A stretch of DNA of 64,000 nt, from assembly GCF_001194135.2 (NCBI RefSeq), contig NC_069010.1, forward strand, positions 9,010,585-9,074,584. Reading direction: 5' to 3'. This DNA is from Octopus bimaculoides (Eukaryota). The position numbers and the translations under genes are program-made. The notes below the pieces were generated by a model. It saw nothing but the letters and a program-made list of their open reading frames with translations, did no database searches and was not told where the DNA came from. Positions within the stretch are counted from its first letter, which is position 1. Each line of letters begins with the position of its first letter. This document shows positions 11,615 to 25,504 of this stretch, piece by piece.

Positions 11615-11631
11615 AAACAACAACAATCGGG
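11615..11631 (+). other. Candidate 17-nt 5'UTR microexon of FBXO8
   Basis: gtttcctcccttcaacag|AAACAACAACAATCGGG|gtaagt. Confidence 0.35.
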
Positions 11632-11722
11632 GTAAGTGATTTATATATGTGTGTATATAGTTGTATAGGTGATAGTATATAAATAATTACTGTATTTATA
11701 TGTTTGTATATATGCTAGTGTT

Positions 11723-11773
<51 letters not shown>

Positions 11774-12730
11774 ATTCAGTATGTATGTATGGATGACAGA
11801 TGTCTGTGTGTTTATATATTTTGGTAAATAGACGTTCATGTGTTTTTGATTTACGTCAATTCTCTCTTAATAAACATAAACATAAACATATATGTTACGA
11901 TCAAGAGACAGTTTAAGCCCCGGCTTCACCTATGTTATTTTTGGACGTGTGTGTGTATAAATACTCAAATGGAGATAGTTTATATAGATAGATATATAAT
12001 AATTATCCTTCGAAGTCCCATATCGTTTAGAGAAAGAAACAACAGACAAAAACTGGGGGGGGGGGACGAATAAAAATTTCAAAATTTTTCTTAACAGAAA
12101 CACAAGCCTGAAAAAAAAAAAAAAGGCATGAAGGGACAACATCAGATCCCTCTAGTCAAAACTCTACAATTACCTAAAATATGTGTGTGTGTGTTTATCG
12201 CAGTATTGACCAGACTATCAAGTGTTATACATCGCTGATCACAGTGTGCTATGCAATGTTTTAGCCTTTGAAGGATGCCACCCCAGTAGCTTGGCGAGCA
12301 GCTAGTTTTCACTATATATATATCCTCTTTCCAGTGTTGAATCGAATCCTCCATTTTATTTCTAATTCCATTGAAATGAGATGTTTTTCTTTTTTTGTCT
12401 TTTCCAGTTTTATCTTCTAGAATGTTCTAAAAAGACATTGAATTTGGCAGTGAAGGAACCTAGCTCATGTAAGATATGTTTCACTTTTCTGTATGTTGGC
12501 CATGACTGGATTGCCAGTTAAGAAATTTGATCTGCAGCATCTACACAACCCTGACTCACCCTGGGTTTGTCAGGGTTGTCTCAGCTCCCACCCTGTTCAA
12601 TGCCTGCATGGATTGGATACCTGACCAAATGCTGGCTCAATCAAGTTGAATGCTAAGCGATGGGGATGTAAACACTATTGTCAGTTGTCACATGACTCTG
12701 GAAGGACAAACACACACATGTATGTATATA

Positions 12731-13955
12731 CAAGGGTTGGACAAAATAATGGAAACACTTTAGAATGTCAAACAAATCTATTTTAAAATGGGACAGGACC
12801 GTCTTTGGCAGTAATTACAGCTTGAATTCTATGAGGTATGAACTTGTACAAAGTTTGAATTGTTTCCAAAGGAATTTTTGTCCATTCTTCAGCTAAAACA
12901 GTCTCCAGTTCTTGTAATGATGATGGTGGCGGATATTGACTCCTTACTTGTTTTTCCGAAATGCACCATAAATGTTCGATAATATTGAGATCTGGGGAGT
13001 GTGGTGGCCAGATAAGATGTTCAACTTCTCTAGAATGTTCCTCGTGCCATTCAGTAACAACTTTAGCTATGTGAATTGGTGCATTATCATCCTGAAAGAT
13101 TGTGTTGCCCTCTGGAAACAATTCCGCAACCATAGGATGAATTTGATCAGAGAAAATGCTTAAATAGTCTTCACTATTAATTCTGCCATGAAGGGAAACC
13201 ATTGGGCTGGTGGATTTCCAAGATATAGCCCTTCAGATCATCACAGATCCTCCTCCATGTTTAACAGTGAGAAGAAGGCAGTCTGGGTCAAATTCTTCTT
13301 TTGAGTGTCTCCACACATATACTTGGCCAGTATAACATTCTTCCACTGCTCTAGGGACCAATTCTGTAGGTTTTTACTCCACTCGAAATGCTTTGCAACG
13401 TTTGTTTTTGAAAGTAGTGGTTTTCTGATTTCAGCCCTCCCATGAAATCTGGCTTTGTGCAGCTCCTGGCAAACGGTTTTTGTGGAAACTGGGTTCTCGA
13501 GGTGGTCATTAAGCTTTGCAGTAATTTTGGGAGCTGCACTTTTGTGATCCTTTCAAACAATTCACGAAAGAGTCTGACGGTCCCTATCTGAAAGTTTTGG
13601 TTTTCTTCCACCAGAGTTTTCTTTCAACAAGGAGGTTTTCCCCTCTTTCTCAAAGGCTGTCATTATTTTCGAAACAGTACTTCTTGATACACCAAACATT
13701 TTGACTGTTTTTGTTATGCTAGCACCTGTCATACGAGCACCGACAATTTGATCTCTTTGAAAGTCCAATAGAGCTGTCATTTTAATGAATTTTATTTACC
13801 TTTTTCTGGTGATATCTGAAAAGGAACAGCAATTTTAGTAAAACATGTTAAGCAACACTAATAATAAATCAAAAAACAAAAATAAACAAGGTTTTGACAG
13901 TTTTATAGATATTTCAAAATTATGATGCTAGATGTTTCCTTTTGTCCAACCCCTG
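12731..13955 (-). mobile_element. Near full-length Tc1-family DNA transposon, inactivated
   Basis: TIRs CAAGGGTTGGACAAAATAATGGAAACA / CAGGGGTTGGACAAAAGGAAACA with TA flanks; transposase pieces 13780-12783 include GARMTGAS..VSRSTVSK HTH, FQDDNAPIH and WPPHSPDLNIIEHLW. Confidence 0.92.
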
Positions 13956-14885
13956 TATATATATATATATATAATAGATAGATAGATAGAAAGATGTATA
14001 ATATATATGTGTATCTGTGTTTGTCGCTTGACAACCAATGCTGGTATGTTTACGTCCCCCGTCACTAAGCGGTTCGACAAGAGAAAACGATAGAATAAGT
14101 ACTAGGTTTAAAAAGAATAAGTCCTGGGGTCGATTTGCCCGACTAAAGGCGGTGCTCCAGCATCGCCACAGTCAAATGACTGAAACAAGTAAAAGAATAT
14201 ATATATATATATATATATGTATACATACATACACACGCACACACACAACAGGCTTCTTTCAGTTTTCATCTACCAAATCTACTCACAAGGTTTTGGTTGA
14301 CTCGAGGCTATAGTTGAAGACACTTGCCCAAGGTGCCACATAGTGGGACTGAACCCGGGACCATGTGGTTGGGAGGCAAGCTTCTTACCACACAGCCATG
14401 CATGTGCCTACACACACACACATATATATGTGTGTATATATAATGAAATTTCACGTACATACATACACAAGTCTCATCATCGTCATCGTTTAATGTTTGT
14501 TTTCCACGTTGGAAAGGGTGGATGGTTTGATGGGAGCTGGCCAGCTGAAGGGCTGTTCAGGATCCCAGTCTATTTTGGCATGCTTTGTACAGCTGGATGC
14601 CAACTATTTTGGTATTTGGAAGTCTATGTATGGATGTCTAGATGGGCTATTTTCATTTAACAGTCATTAGCGTGGATCACCCAAAAACTATCCCATTATC
14701 ATCATCATCTAATATCCTTTCTCCATGCTGGCATAAGTTGGATGGTTTGACAGGAGTTGAGAAGGCTGGGAGCCATACACTGACTGTACTCCCACCCCCT
14801 CCACTTACACATGTAGATGTAAGTTAATTTCTTTTATCCTCTTCTTCCAGGTTTTAGGAAATCTGTCCAAAGGTAAAAGTGCATC

Positions 14886-15103
14886 ATGGGCCAAGTTTTT
14901 CGTCGTCTTCAGGAACTCGAGAGGGAATGCGTCGGTCATCCTAACTACACGACCAAAACGTTGACCAGCAGTAGCTTTCCAGACTTAAGGGAGCTTCCAC
15001 CTGAATTGAGTTTAGCTGTCTTGTCCTATCTGAACGCCACCGACCTCTGTCTGGCTGCATGTGTGTGGGACACCCTTGGCAATGATGAGTTACTTTGGTT
15101 AAG
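14886..15103 (+). CDS. FBXO8: FBXO8 coding exon 1 (N-terminus and F-box)
   Basis: Acceptor ttcttccag| at 14850; MGQVFRR...LRELPPELSLAVLSYLNATDLCLAACVWDTLGNDELLWL matches the FBXO8 F-box; donor AG|gtaagc, phase 2. Confidence 0.95.
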
Positions 15104-15409
15104 GTAAGCAACTTTCTGGTTCATGTCACCCTTGAATCAACAACTCTTGTGCCTCAGGGCTGAAGTCCTTCTTTCTCCCACCTCAAACAGGGAAAGTCAG
15201 GAAATATTCATTGTCATCATCTCTGTAATGTCCTCTTTTACATGCTTGTATATGTTAGAGTTTATCAAGCCAATCTTTGGACTGTAGCCAAACTAGAGTA
15301 TCCTGGTACTTTTTTCATCTTTTAAGTCTGTTGCTAATTCTATTGCCAAAATGCTATCTCAGAGCTTTTACCCCTGTCAGCAACCAAAGGTCTCTCTCTC
15401 TCTCTCTCT

Positions 15410-15860
15410 CTCTCAATGTAAAAGGAAGATTGTATGATGCATGTATACAAACAGCAATGCTACATGGCATTGACATGTGGGTCCTGAATGCAGAACACGT
15501 GATGGCGAAAGAGGAATGAAGCTAGTATGCTTCACTGGATGTGCAATGACAGTGTATATGTGCAACAGAATGCAAGTGTTTTGAGGGGAAAAGTTGGGCA
15601 AAAGAAGAATTAGATGCAGTGTGCAAGAGAGAAGATTACACTGGTTTGGTCATGTGATGCAGATGGATGTGGACAATTGCACAGATAAGTGCTGACCACT
15701 TAAAGTGGATGGAAATTGTACTAGAGGGAGACATGGGAGGAAGCTTTGAAGGCTGATCTCAAGACACAGCCTTATGAAGGGGATGACCAAGGAGCAAGAT
15801 ACCTAGCACCCTGCTGTACTCAAGAAAACCCATCTGTCACAGCAGAATTGATACCAGTGA
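15410..15860 (+). mobile_element. RTE LINE 3' coding fragment
   Basis: VKGRLYDACIQTAMLHG..W, followed by ASMLHWMC and LHWFGHV-like segments. Confidence 0.75.
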
Positions 15861-16769
15861 TGGTGCCATGTTAGAAGCACCCTGTACGCTATATGGGGTA
15901 GTTGGCACTGGGAGGAGCATCCAACCTAGAAACCCTGCCAAAATAGACAGTGATGCAAACGTAAACAGAATTACTATTTAACCTTAAAACACATCGGACA
16001 TATTCAAAGAACCTTCTTGGTTTAGTGGTGCAGAACGTTTTTCTTGTATTATTCTTGTTTCAATCATTTGATGGTGGCCATGCTGGAGCACCACTCCTTA
16101 ATCGAAGAAATTGACCCCCTGGTTTTATTCCCTGTAAGACTTGTGCTTATTCTATCAGTCTCTTTTTTTGAAGAGCTAAGTTACAGGGATGCAAACACAC
16201 CAACAGTGGTTGTCATGAATGGAGGTGGGGGGGGGGGTCTTTTAGCTTTTGTTTACTTATACACATCAACAAATGAGCCAATTCAACAACTCTGTGTGGT
16301 TGTTCAATTTGCTAGAAATAACACCCAAATCTCTCTCATACTATGCTCTTGTTAGTATTAAGGAAAAGAAAAAAATAGAATTAATATTTTGGATTTTGAT
16401 TTTTTTTTTTTTTTCAATGCTTTCATCCATTACTTGATACTAGAAAAAAGGAATTGGAATAATCTTGACTAAAACAGAGAAATTGTAACTTACCCAAAAT
16501 ATGGAAAGAGAAAGGAAAGGTGTTCCAAAGCCAAAAGTTTTTTGAGCTGAGTTGTAATTCTATAATTAAAACAAATTCAAAATTTAAATTTCAGAACATA
16601 AGACTTAACGGTTCAAATGGGTAGACTACCTAAGAGGAAAATGGGTGTATGTGGTTGGGCCTTTAATAGCCAATTTTCCCATTGAGATTGTTGCTGCTTC
16701 AGTGGACCAGTAGGCATGGGATGGGTGTTGAGAAGTAGTAAAACTTGTGGTACTCCATTGGTTATGATG

Positions 16770-17050
16770 ACGAGGGTTCCAGTTGATCCAATCAACAGAA
16801 CAGCCTGCTCGTAAAATTAATGTGTAAGTGGCTGAGCACTCTACAGACACGTGTACCCTTGACGTAGTTAACAAGGCTGGCCCCTTTGAAATACAGGTAC
16901 AACAGAAACAGGAAAAAGGAGTGAGAAAAAATTGTGGTGAAAGAGTACAGCAGGGTTGGCCAAACACTCACAACGCCCAGTTTGGGAATCGAAACCGCAA
17001 TCTTACAACTATGAGTTTGCTGCCCTAACCACTGGGCCATTGCACCTCCA
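16770..17050 (-). mobile_element. tRNA-derived SINE
   Basis: Minus-strand head TGGCCCAGTGGTTAGGGC...GGTTTCGATTCC (A/B boxes); body recurs at ~61615-61780. Confidence 0.7.
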
Positions 17051-17159
17051 CAAAAGTAATACAACACATAGGTACTGGTTTCAAATCTCTTCCAGAAATT
17101 ACAAAATTTCTTTCTCTTAAGCATGACACACGTGTCAGGTACGTACAAAGAATAATTGG

Positions 17160-17480
17160 CATCACCATCATCATCGATTAATGTCTATTTTCCATGCTGG
17201 CATGGGTTGGACAGTTTGACTGAGGTCTGGAGAGCCAGCGGCTGCACCAGGCTCCAATCTGATCTGGCATGGTTTCTACAGCTGGATGCCGTTCCTAATG
17301 CCAACCACTCCGAGAGTGTAGTGGGTGCTTTTTACGTGCCACCGGCACAAGAGCCAGTAAGGCGAGCCTTTTTACGTGCCACCAGCACAGGAGCCAGTCA
17401 GGTGTATCTGGCATTGGCCATGTTCAGATGGTGCTTTTTACATGCCATCGACATGGGAGCCAGTCAGAGGGCATCGGTCC
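17160..17480 (-). mobile_element. RTE 3'UTR / (GAT)n tail repeat; representative of many copies (e.g. 2890-2990, 14490-14590, 23110-23260, 43620-43930, 50650-50980, 54260-54420, 60975-61370)
   Basis: Shared core tttctacagctggatgcccttcctaacgccaaccactccgagagtgtagtgggtgc; the same sequence follows RTE coding remnants at 47420-48075. Confidence 0.8.
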
Positions 17481-17671
17481 CAGCTATGGTATTGGGTTTT
17501 GATGATAGTAATAATAATGGTTTTAAATTTTGGCACAAGGCCAGTGATTATAATGATGCCAGTGCTCAACTGGTACTTATTTTTGTCGACCTCGGCAGAA
17601 TTTGAACTCAGAACATAAAGACAGACGAAATACTGCCTTCATGATGATAATAATAATGTTTCTCTTTTCAG

Positions 17672-17801
17672 CCTCTGCAAAGCATCATGGGGAGAAGTGA
17701 GTGTGTACCATCGGTGGCAAGACCAACCAGAATATTCTTACAAACGACTTTATTTATTGCTGGACGAAGCCTCCCTCACATTTAATGTGGATCCCCTTAT
17801 A
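17672..17801 (+). CDS. FBXO8: FBXO8 coding exon 2
   Basis: ttttcag|C CTC TGC...; LCKASWGEVSVYHRWQDQPEYSYKRLYLLLDEASLTFNVDPLI; |gtaagt; phase 2 to 0. Confidence 0.95.
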
Positions 17802-18461
17802 GTAAGTATCTGTGGAACATTCTGGATCAGTGTTTCTTTTTCTTCTTCCCAAAAAGAACTGATAAAGTAGCAAAAAAAATATACCGGGGTCAATTCATTC
17901 AACTAAAAAGTTGTTCAAGGCAATACCCCAGTATGGCCGCAGTCTAATGACTGAAAAAAGTAAAAGATAATAGATATTCTCTCTCTATATATATGTACAT
18001 ATCCTGTGTATCAGTGTTTCAAAACCATTTTGTGCCATGGACCCCTTTGATTCCGATTTTACTTGGCTGGACCATCCAATGTTTAAAAATACTATTATAT
18101 TTTAATTATTTTGTGTATTGTTCAAGCATTGGGCCTCACAGAGACAATCACGAATGACCAACACCTTTGGCTTTATGGTAAGCTTGAAGAGAAGACCCAT
18201 CAAGCCAAGTAAATTTATAGTTGTGGCAGATACTGGTGTCATGCAAATGGCACCTGTGCCAGTGGCATGTAAAAGCACCGATTACACTCTTGGAGTGTCC
18301 AGCATGGACAGCAGACGTTAAATGATGATGATGATAGAAGCAGAACAAAATCTTAGCATGGACCCTGGTTGTGGACCAATGCTGTGTATATTCTCTATAT
18401 TTTATATATTGTCTATATATTTTCTCCCTCATATATTATTTTTTTTCTTCTTCTCCGCCAG

Positions 18462-18580
18462 GGAATGGACTATTTATTCCGACAGAGTCTGGTCGACGAC
18501 AATCCTGTGGCCATCGCTAACTTCCTTCACTCAACAAAACGGCTCAACCCAGACATGAGAAGAGAATTCCTTTACAAACG
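18462..18580 (+). CDS. FBXO8: FBXO8 coding exon 3
   Basis: ccgccag|GMDYLFRQSLVDDNPVAIANFLHSTKRLNPDMRREFLYKR|gtaaat; phase 0 to 2. Confidence 0.95.
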
Positions 18581-19484
18581 GTAAATCACCAGATGTCGTG
18601 GTGGCAGAAAGGGGCAACAAACTTTCTCTACACATCCCAATCATTTACCTTTCTTTTAAGCTCCACTCAGGCCAACTCCAGTTGCTATCATGTTGTCCCC
18701 ACGTCTTCTTCCCTTCTTTCCTCCTACTGGCATCCAATCCATCATGATGGTAGTATGTCCCACGCTGGGTAATTAAAGCATATGGCCAGTAGACCATATC
18801 CATTGCTTAGTGACCGCTTGGTACCTCTTTGCTTCTCATTCTGTCCAGGATTGAATGGAGATGGTATCAGTGCAACATGTCCAGCAATTGAAAGGCCTTT
18901 GCTGTCTTTTCCCACGTTTCTTAGATGTGGATGGCTGTTAGTATAACGATATGAGGGTGGGCTGAAAAGTTCATATGCTGACCAAGATACTTTCATGGAA
19001 CGGGACCAAATGAGTCCCTGCTTGCAGTCCACGCACTTCTTCCATTATTGTTGCAGTGCTTTGATCCCATTGTTGAATAATCTTTCATCCTGTTTGTCAA
19101 AATAAACTACAGCAAATAAGAGATCGCCATCACTGTGATACTGGTTCTCAGCCAAGTGTTTTTTTCCGATGATTGTCAGACAGAGCCCAATCAGGAGACG
19201 GTCACAGGAGCATGCGAAGGGAGTAGACTAGGGAGCTGAAGGCAAGACTTCATGGTTCAGACATCAGGCTTCTGAAGGGGGCTCCACATATCTGGAGGAT
19301 GGGAGATAGAATCACTTGCATCACTGCATCACCCTCTGGAGATTGACTGAGTGAGTGATTGTTGATACTGTTGTCATTGGTGAATCTTTTGTCACATAAT
19401 TAGCAAATTTTTTATTTAATAGTGTTTAATTACCAATTGATAATTGATTTTCTACTTTCTTTCTTGCAATTAAATCCCTTTCAG

Positions 19485-19669
19485 GCGGGATGTTCTTCAC
19501 TATTTGATTCGGCTGCAGAACTTACGCAGCCTATTTTTGCCGACAGCACTTCGACAGTTTTTCAGTGAAGTTTCTGCTCCGGGTGAACGTGGAAGCTACC
19601 TGACTGACATGATAGAGATGTTCTCTGACCAGTATTGCCGCTGTAACCCAAACCTAGGATTGTCTAAAG
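19485..19669 (+). CDS. FBXO8: FBXO8 coding exon 4 (Sec7 domain core)
   Basis: ctttcag|RDVLHYLIRLQNLRSLFLPTALRQFFSEVSAPGERGSYLTDMIEMFSDQYCRCNPNLGLSK|gtaccc; phase 2 to 1. Confidence 0.95.
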
Positions 19670-20583
19670 GTACCCACTTAGATTTTATCTGAGTCTCTAC
19701 GGGGGTTGGGCGCTGGATTTGAGAACATTTGTATTTCTTTTTTTTTTTTTTTTCTATCTTTTATTTCTTTCAATCTTGGCACTCTTTACAACTATCATCC
19801 GTATGTAATGTGTGTGTGTGTGTGTGTTTCCTTGTCTTGATGTCATGTGATAGTTATGACTATCACACCAACCACTCCACAGTATGAAGAAATAACCAAT
19901 TTTGGACTTTGCAAATGAAATTCATAGATCTTAATCTAAATATAATCACCTTATAAGAATCACTAATTACGTCCTCATTCATTTACAAAATACCCTCCGT
20001 CCTATTAACATGGAATGAAAACTGTTGTAAGATTATCACTAATATTTTTGTCATAATTAGCACAAGTGAAATCGGTTGACTATACAGTGGGTGGGGTGTT
20101 TCAAAAGTAGTTATGTCATTAGGAAAACTTGTACAATACTTTTTTTTGTCAAAAAAATTTTTAAAGTTACAATAAAAGTATCATCATAGTTATGATAAAT
20201 ATATTATTACAATTAATGCACTGAAAATACTGATAGCGAGGCTAATTAATTTTAATTTAACGAATTAAATAGGTATACAGTACCGTGTGGTTTGGGAGCA
20301 CACATCTACATATGACAGGCTTCTTTCAGTTTCCATCTCTCAGAGCAATAATAGAAAGTACATACCCAAGGTGCCACTCAGTGAGACTGAACCAGCAGGA
20401 TGTGGTTGAGAAGCAAACTTCTTGTTTACACACACAAACAGCTTCCTTCAGTTTCCCTCATGCAAGGTTCTGGTTGGCCACAATGGTGGAGAAGGGGGCA
20501 CAGGCGAGGCATCGTGTTACCAAATTTTTATCCATTATTTCCATTCTAGTCTAGACTTTGTCTCTTGTTCTTCTCTTTTGCAG

Positions 20584-20822
20584 ACACTGTCTTTATTCTC
20601 TGTTTCTCACTGATCATGCTGTCCGTCGACCTCTGCAGCCCTCACGTCAAGAACAAGATGTCAAAACGTGAGTTCATTCGGAACACACGGCGGGCAGCCC
20701 ATGAGATCCAGGACGACCTCGCCGGCCACCTCTATGACAACATTTACCTCGTTGGACACGTAGCTATTGCTCAGAAAGCCATCACAGACGACCATCCTCA
20801 CAGTTACCGCATTATCACATGA
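20584..20822 (+). CDS. FBXO8: FBXO8 coding exon 5 (terminal)
   Basis: ttttgcag|DTVFILCFSLIMLSVDLCSPHVKNKMSKREFIRNTRRAAHEIQDDLAGHLYDNIYLVGHVA...TGA; total CDS 891 nt = 296 aa. Confidence 0.96.
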
Positions 20823-21061
20823 TGTTTCATACATATATACACTCACTGACTGAATACCAGACAAACGCAACACACACTTGTCTGTGTGTGGGTGGTTTTA
20901 TACATGTGTGTGTGTGTATATTGTAATGTATGTATATATATCTATATAGTTATACCTTGCGTGAATATATATATATATATATATATAAAATTGTGTGTAT
21001 TAATATATTGTATGTATACATATAGATGTATATGCATTGTAAATGTGTGTATAATTATACA

Positions 21062-21119
<58 letters not shown>

Positions 21120-21705
21120 CACACACACACACATACCTACACATTTAAACTCTCTGTCTCCTTCTGTTGTGTTTCTCCTTCACTTCCACATTTAGTCTTT
21201 ATCTCTTTTTTCGTGTGTGTGTGTGTATATATACACACACACACATCTATGTTTTTATAACTATTTCTTGAAACAACTTTAGCCATCACATGACCAGCAT
21301 GACTGCTACTACTACTACCATCACTATTTCTGCCACACCATTCCACTTCCCCACCCCAACTACATGACCACCACTCCTGCTATTGTCACTATTTTAATTT
21401 TGATGCCCCAAACCCCTCCAGCACTCTTGGGACTTCTGCCAATGCCGCCACCACTACCACCACCACAGCATTTACCACAAGCGCTACTGACACATTGTGA
21501 TGTGGTGGCTGTCACACAGTGACTAAGTCATTGTGTACAATGAACTTCATTGCACCTTACTATGCCCCCACAATCGCAAATGCACAGTGTAGACGTCACA
21601 TTGGATTTGATCTCAGAACACCACAGCATGTGTGACGTGAGCTGCTTCCGTTTATATTATTGTGTGTGTGTATATGTGTACACACACGCATATAGTGTAT
21701 ACATA

Positions 21706-21749
<44 letters not shown>

Positions 21750-24494
21750 ATGTGTGATTTTGTGCCTATGATAGCTACCATCATCATCATCATCATCATC
21801 TTTATTGTTGAGTTCAAATTCTGCTTAGGTCAGGTAAGTGCCATGAGTCACACACTGGGGTCCATGTAATCAACTAGCCCCGTCCCCTAAAATTTCAGGC
21901 CCTGTGTCATTATTACAAAGAATTATTATTTGATGAGAAGTGGCCCCATGCTGTGTTCCTAGTTTTTCTCGTTCTAAACCCATAAATCCTTGACTGCCAA
22001 CCCTTAATCCCACCTTGTGCTCCTGCTCCCTTCTGTTCACACCCTTTTCCCCTGCCACATACACACATACTATCTCCAACACTTCCTGGCCCACCGCAGA
22101 CAGTCTTTTGTCTCTTCCCACCGATGTGATGTCATGGGCTTTAATTCTGCTTCTCTTTGTTTTGCTATATTTTTTTTTTGCATCTTCTTATTAAACCCAC
22201 CCACCCACCAATCCTCTCTCTCATCCCCTGCCCCCCCCCCTCTTGGATCCTCTCTCTCTCTCTCATCTTCCATTGCTGTCACCCAGGTCTCTGGAACGTC
22301 TACGTAGGAGTAAAGGGATGCCACCAAATCAGCATCTCGCTATGTTCCACCCCTCTCCCTCCATCATTGCTTTTTGTGAAACACTCCAGCAGACATTCCA
22401 TCCATGGCTATCCTCTCTTTATGTCAAGCTTAGTACATGTGTATCTAGGACTACATTATCTAATGGGTCCCTCCCTGTTTTTGTTTAGCCCCAGATCAGT
22501 CCCAGTCTAGCAAACCTATGGACAAAGATGTTTAAGTGTGTGTGTATGTATGTGGTTGGTTATAATAGTGTCCCTTTTTTTTTTTGTTTTGGTTGCTGTT
22601 GTCCTCACTTCTTTTCTGCCCCATCCTAAACCCGTTCTCTTTCATCACAGACATAAAACAACAGTGGCAACCGCAACATGGTGGTCAGCTGATGTTTTCT
22701 AGTAGTTGTGGTGGTGGTAGTCAGCAACAAAATATTTGATATAATCTTTGCTTCAACTGTTTTTCTAAGGTCTTTTGGCATTGGGCTGTGCCCTACACCA
22801 ACACGTTTGAAGTATAAAGATAGAAATCTGTTGCCTGTGGGTATAGCCTACTTGTGAGGTGGACAGGCCAACATTGCTCCAGAATGGGATGCCAGTCCAT
22901 CACACTTTACAGCTGAGTGCAATGAAGCAACAGAGAACAACACGTTTTGCTAAAGAACCACCCCGTCGGGGAATTGAAAGCATGACTTATGCAGTTGTTA
23001 GTGCAACAATGCCTAATCACTTAGCCACCTGCCTTTACACGCATGTCTGTATACATGCATATATATCTTTATATATACATACACACACACATATATAGTC
23101 CAATCTGTTGAGGGGGGGGGGGGTAGGAAGGACATCCAGCCATAAAAACGGTACCAAAACTGACACAGAAGAGTCTGGTGCAGGCTCCTGCCTGGCCAGC
23201 TCCCATCAAACCATCCAACCCATGCCAGCATGTATGGAGGACAGTAAACAGTGATGATGATGACTATATATAATGTAATGTGCACAGTATTAAGATATGA
23301 ACTACAAATAGTTTTTTTCGTTTGGAGACATGGGTCTGGTCAAGTTTTCATAACACACCTTGTGTCTCCAAGCAATCTGCAGATATAAAGAGGAATCAGA
23401 AGAGAAAACGAGAAGAATTTTGATTCCATTTCCACTTTTTTACATCTACCTTCTTGTTTTTTTTTTTTCTCGTGATTTCTCTTGTACTAAACAGAAGACA
23501 CCATGTGCTCAGAGCCCGGAGATTGTTTGGAGACAAAGGCACATTATAAAAACCTACCTAGAACCCCGTCTCCAAATGCAAAAAAAAAAAACTATTAGAG
23601 CCCTTATCTTTATTTTGTGCACATTAAATGATATTTACCTCTCACTGGACGTTTTTTTGTTTTGTGTGTGTGTGTTAAATAGTAAAAATAGAGGGATCAA
23701 TTAGATTTAGGCAAACAAACAGTAAAGCACCATGTATTTTAGGCATTGTAGGTCTACCTTAAAATCTGTTTTATTCTCGTTTACTCTACATAATGTGTGC
23801 TCTTTAGATTTGTGTGTATGTGTGTAATTATGTGTATGCATGTGTGAGTAAATATTTGTGTGCGATCGATGCACTTGAATGTTTGTGCACATGTGGAGGT
23901 TTTTAACCCTTTAGCGTTCAGGTAATAGAAATTCGATTTGAATTAATCCTGCATTATTATCTCATAGCTTTGAGATTTCAATGATATTGTTGAGTAGGTG
24001 TGAGAGGCCAGATATGGCTGGTTTAAATGATAAAAGGTTAAATATATACTTGTATGTGTGTGTGTTTATAAATATATGTTTATATATACTGTTGTATTCA
24101 TGTATATTTGTATAAACAGATATAGATGTGTGTGTTTATACAAACATTGATTTAACTCACACATTCAACTAAAACTAACAGAATAATACAAAACAAACAA
24201 AAACAGTTTTAAAGGCAGTGCTCCAGCATGAATAAAATCATTGAGAAGAACTGACCCAGGAAAACAGTTGGGACAAAGAGAGAGATTTGAAACCCTTGTC
24301 TCCAGAACATGGGATCTAAGGACAACAGGCAGCTGAAAGACAGAGCAGGGGGGGTGGGTCATGTCCAGCACTGAGGACAGGACATTGAACATTGTAAAAA
24401 ATGAAAAACAATATTAATATAAAAACTGTGTTTTTTGTTATTTATGTTAATGTATGTGTGTGTGTTTGTTAATGAGTATAAAGTGCATGTTTTA

Positions 24495-24528
<34 letters not shown>

Positions 24529-25305
24529 CTTTGGGGTACCCAAAACGAACTGGAATTTTGCAGTGTTATTTTATTCACTTAGTTTTACATGTTTACACTT
24601 TTATCACCATCAAAATATTCTCCTTTTGAATCATTGTATTGGAACTCTTGCAAAGTGATAGCTTTTAATGTCTCTGTCCTGTTTTTTTTTTTTGTCTCAT
24701 CTCTGCCACATCTGCAAATTCCTGAGCATCAGTTTACACCACCAATGATGACTTTTGGGAAAAGGAAATCCGCATCAACTTCCGACTGTTCATTCACTCC
24801 TGACTGCTTTTCAGGTTCCGTGAGCAGCTCTTTTCATTTGCTAGGAGCTCCACGACACATAAGTCATATCAACAAGTTTATCAATTCTTCAGTGAAGGTC
24901 CTCCAAGACAAGTTCATGAATGTTTTCATTTGTTTAGGGAGGGGGTGGGGGTTGATGGTCGCCCCGAATGAGGTTGGTCAAGTGACCATTCATAAAGCTT
25001 GAACACCACTTGTAAACTTGTGTTTTGCTCATCACAGCATCCTTGTAAGCTTTCTGAAGCAGTTGCAACTGTTTCAGCTGCACAAAAAAAGATTTTCACA
25101 GAAGCACACTGTCCGTTCATTTCAGCCACAGCAAAAAATCAATGAACAGGGGAGAAGTACTACAGAACAAAGATGCACCGTGTGGCAGCAGGACTACAAT
25201 CAATGCTTCTGGTCCACATCAAGTGGCTTCTATCAGTGGAATCCTGAACTACAATGGGATTTGTCCCACAGAGAACATTTGAAGTTACTTTTGGGTACCC
25301 GTTCG
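24529..25305 (-). mobile_element. Mariner deletion derivative
   Basis: Imperfect TIRs with core GGGTACCCAAAA in TA tracts; minus-strand QCASVKIFF..ETVATASE and DQPHSGRPST (mariner N-terminal HTH region). Confidence 0.7.
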
Positions 25306-25504
25306 TATATATATATATATATATATTGTATACTATAAGTATACATGTATTTGTGTGTGTGTATATAATATGCATATATATATATGCAGTTTCCAATGCC
25401 TTTGTTGCCATTACTAGCCAATGAAAATCTATCGTAGCTCTTTGCTATAACATTCGAAAGTAAGTCTGAGTACTATAATGACAACCGTTTACTGTTTGTT
25501 CTAA

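Noticed and set aside
16975-17050. tRNA-like sequences with A and B boxes (also 60201-60270, 44132-44200)
   Set aside because: No complete cloverleaf; each continues into a repeated SINE body
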